This document shows positions 61,775 through 64,000 of a stretch of DNA of 64,000 nucleotides, in pieces (position 1 is the first letter of the stretch; the number at the start of each line of letters is the position of its first letter). The stretch is from the human T2T-CHM13v2.0 reference genome, Homo sapiens. Both the position numbers and the translations under genes were made by a program. Where the stretch lies: NCBI RefSeq assembly GCF_009914755.1, contig NC_060937.1, one strand, 5' to 3'. Under the pieces are notes generated by a model. It had not been told where the DNA came from and did not search any database. It was given only the letters and a program-made list of their open reading frames with translations.

Positions 61775-61944
61775 ATCTTGCTAACAAAAGACTCCTTTAT
61801 ACAAATATAGAAAGAAGAGGCTAAAATATTTAGTATTAAATAAACATTATCAGATGAACATCTTGCTAACAAAAGAATCCTTTATACCAATATAGAGAAG
61901 ACAGTCTAAACTATTTAATATTAAATAAACATTACGGGATGAGT
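61775..61944 (+). repeat. Diverged 85-bp tandem duplication
   Basis: ATCTTGCTAACAAAAGA..CCTTTATA...TATTAAATAAACATTA..GATGA at 61775 and 61860. Confidence 0.9.
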
Positions 61945-62691
61945 ATGTCTTCAAGTTAACACAAAGGTCACTACAAGTCTGGATAGAAGTTTACAGAAAT
62001 TCATCCAATAAAGTGAAAAAATAAAATAAAACTATGTCCTTGAGAGACAAATAGTTGCATTTAGTGATTATCGCCAGTATAACTTATAAGGAAATTATTT
62101 TCAGAGTTACATATTCACTATTCCAAGGGTTAGAAAGCCTTCAACCTTGCATTGTAAAATCAAAAGATTGGGCCTTTTATACAGCCTATTATGCTTTCAA
62201 GGAGACACACTGCAGAGTGTGCATGGGGACGCGGAGGCTGCCTCACATCTCAAAAAACAGTTTATCATTTTAGTCTTGCACAATCCTTTGTTTTGATGCT
62301 TCATTTCTTCATTTATTCTGATTTGATATCCTCTTGCCTATATCCTATAAGATTCGGTAAACACATCATTTGTAATATTGCATTGCAATCTATTCACTTT
62401 ATCTGCTTTCTTTAACTAGACTCCAAGTTCATAAAGGATAAACTATATTTTATGCTTAGTTTAATACCCAACATTTAGCATGCTACATAGCAGTCACTTA
62501 AAAGATATATATTTACTTTATATATGTAAAATTTTGTCGATATTTCTATTAACAGGTAGTGTCCAGACAGAAAAGGATGCCCCAGTATGAAGTATACACT
62601 TTACCATTTATAGTTCACATACTTTGGTAAAATTTCCAAGCTTTCAGGAACATTGATTTTTCTACTGCTTGGAACATCAAGAATAATTATG

Positions 62692-62728
62692 CCCTGATCG
62701 TACTTACCCTGATCGTGCTTACCCTGAT
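62692..62728 (+). repeat. 15-bp tandem repeat, about 2.5 copies
   Basis: CCCTGATCGTACTTA CCCTGATCGTGCTTA CCCTGAT. Confidence 0.9.
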
Positions 62729-64000
62729 ATTTTTAACTTCTGTTTGCTTGCGTTAGCATTATCTAATACATTTTTCATTAGAAACTGCATCTAATGTTCA
62801 TTTCATACTTATTTTTGCTCTATTAATGGTTTCTGTGTTTTAAGACCCAAGAAATCTAAGGACTGGATAATTGTATAAATGGAGGATCATTGGTGTGATG
62901 TACAAACCATTTCTGATCTCATGTTATAAATATTTAATTTTCGTGATTTCTGATGTGACCTCTTCACTAACGCAGCTTAATTGCACTTCTAAAGGCAGCA
63001 TCATACATCAGCTGGAATAGAAGTACTGCCTTTAAATTACAATCTGCCTCCACGTAATAAGAAAGATTTGGAAGCTTCAAATATCTTCAAATCCTTTTTT
63101 TGGTTTGGAGCTAAGGAGTCTTTTTACTTAAGGTTTGACTGAAACCAGTATTTATAGCATGGTGTGGTCAGCTATTCTGCTGGGTTTCTACAACAGAGAA
63201 AGGCTAAAATGCAGGGAGACATTGCTTTTGATTGGAGCAACTGTTGAGTGCAAGAACAATGGGAAAGAGAAAAGCACAAAGCCGAAATAAGCTAAAATGT
63301 GGTAGAAAACATATCTTTGAGAAAATTCCTACTTCAAAACAGACCAATGTCATTCAATTTTCTCGTATTCACTTACGCGTTTTTTAAACATTGAAATACT
63401 ACATAAGCATGAACTATTAATTGGAGTTAACATATTTTCCTGTATTATATATTATATATGTAGATATGACACAAACCATTTGTTTTGAAGTGATACCTCA
63501 TAAGAGATATATTTGTCAAATATAATAATATCTTAATTGAAGTTTCTCAGACAAGATTTCAAAATTGTTTTTCTTTAAAATTGATCCAGAGATTACTCAA
63601 GAGTGAGCAGTTACATTCCAGTATAGGTAGAGGATAGTAAGAAAAACGATGTCCTGGATTATCAGTGAACTTTAAACTGAGGGGTTGGACAGTAAACTAT
63701 AGGTAACTAGAGGTCAATGTAGTTTCCTGAATATAATGGGAAGTGAAAAAAAAAAGTGTTTTCAGAAATAAGATTGGAAATGACATTTGAGGAAAGATGT
63801 GGTGAATTAAAATTAGGATTCACGATTGCCTACAAGGATTAATTTTAGTTAAGTCAAAATTTCCTCCATATTTGGGTTTATGAGTTTAGAGAAAATTTAA
63901 GAAAGCCACACCAAAGTCCATTGTCAGTAACTAACAAAAAATGGAATGAGACCTTTGGTGAATTTCACGGTAAAAATATCCAAAACAGCAAAAATGAACT

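Overview
AT-rich, CpG-depleted primate (probably human or great-ape) genomic DNA that looks intergenic or deep intronic. I find no host protein-coding exon, tRNA, rRNA or CpG island. More than half of the window is transposable-element debris, often nested. It holds three class III ERV (ERVL) remnants, ERV1-type solo LTRs including an LTR12/ERV9 LTR, five MaLR LTRs, several LINE-1 copies, six Alus plus a FLAM monomer, MER58A, Tigger3a, L2 fragments and microsatellites. The LINE-1 copies include a near full-length L1MA hosting a 3'-deleted L1PA, and a twin-primed inverted L1PA. Every long ORF in the track is a LINE-1 ORF1/ORF2 fragment, an ERV remnant or chance. I cannot support a new biological system here. 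The most interesting observations are insertion and repair anatomy, a probable env remnant in a class III ERV, and one G:U-rich hairpin in apparently unique sequence. Subfamily names come from recalled consensus sequences and need RepeatMasker/Dfam confirmation.
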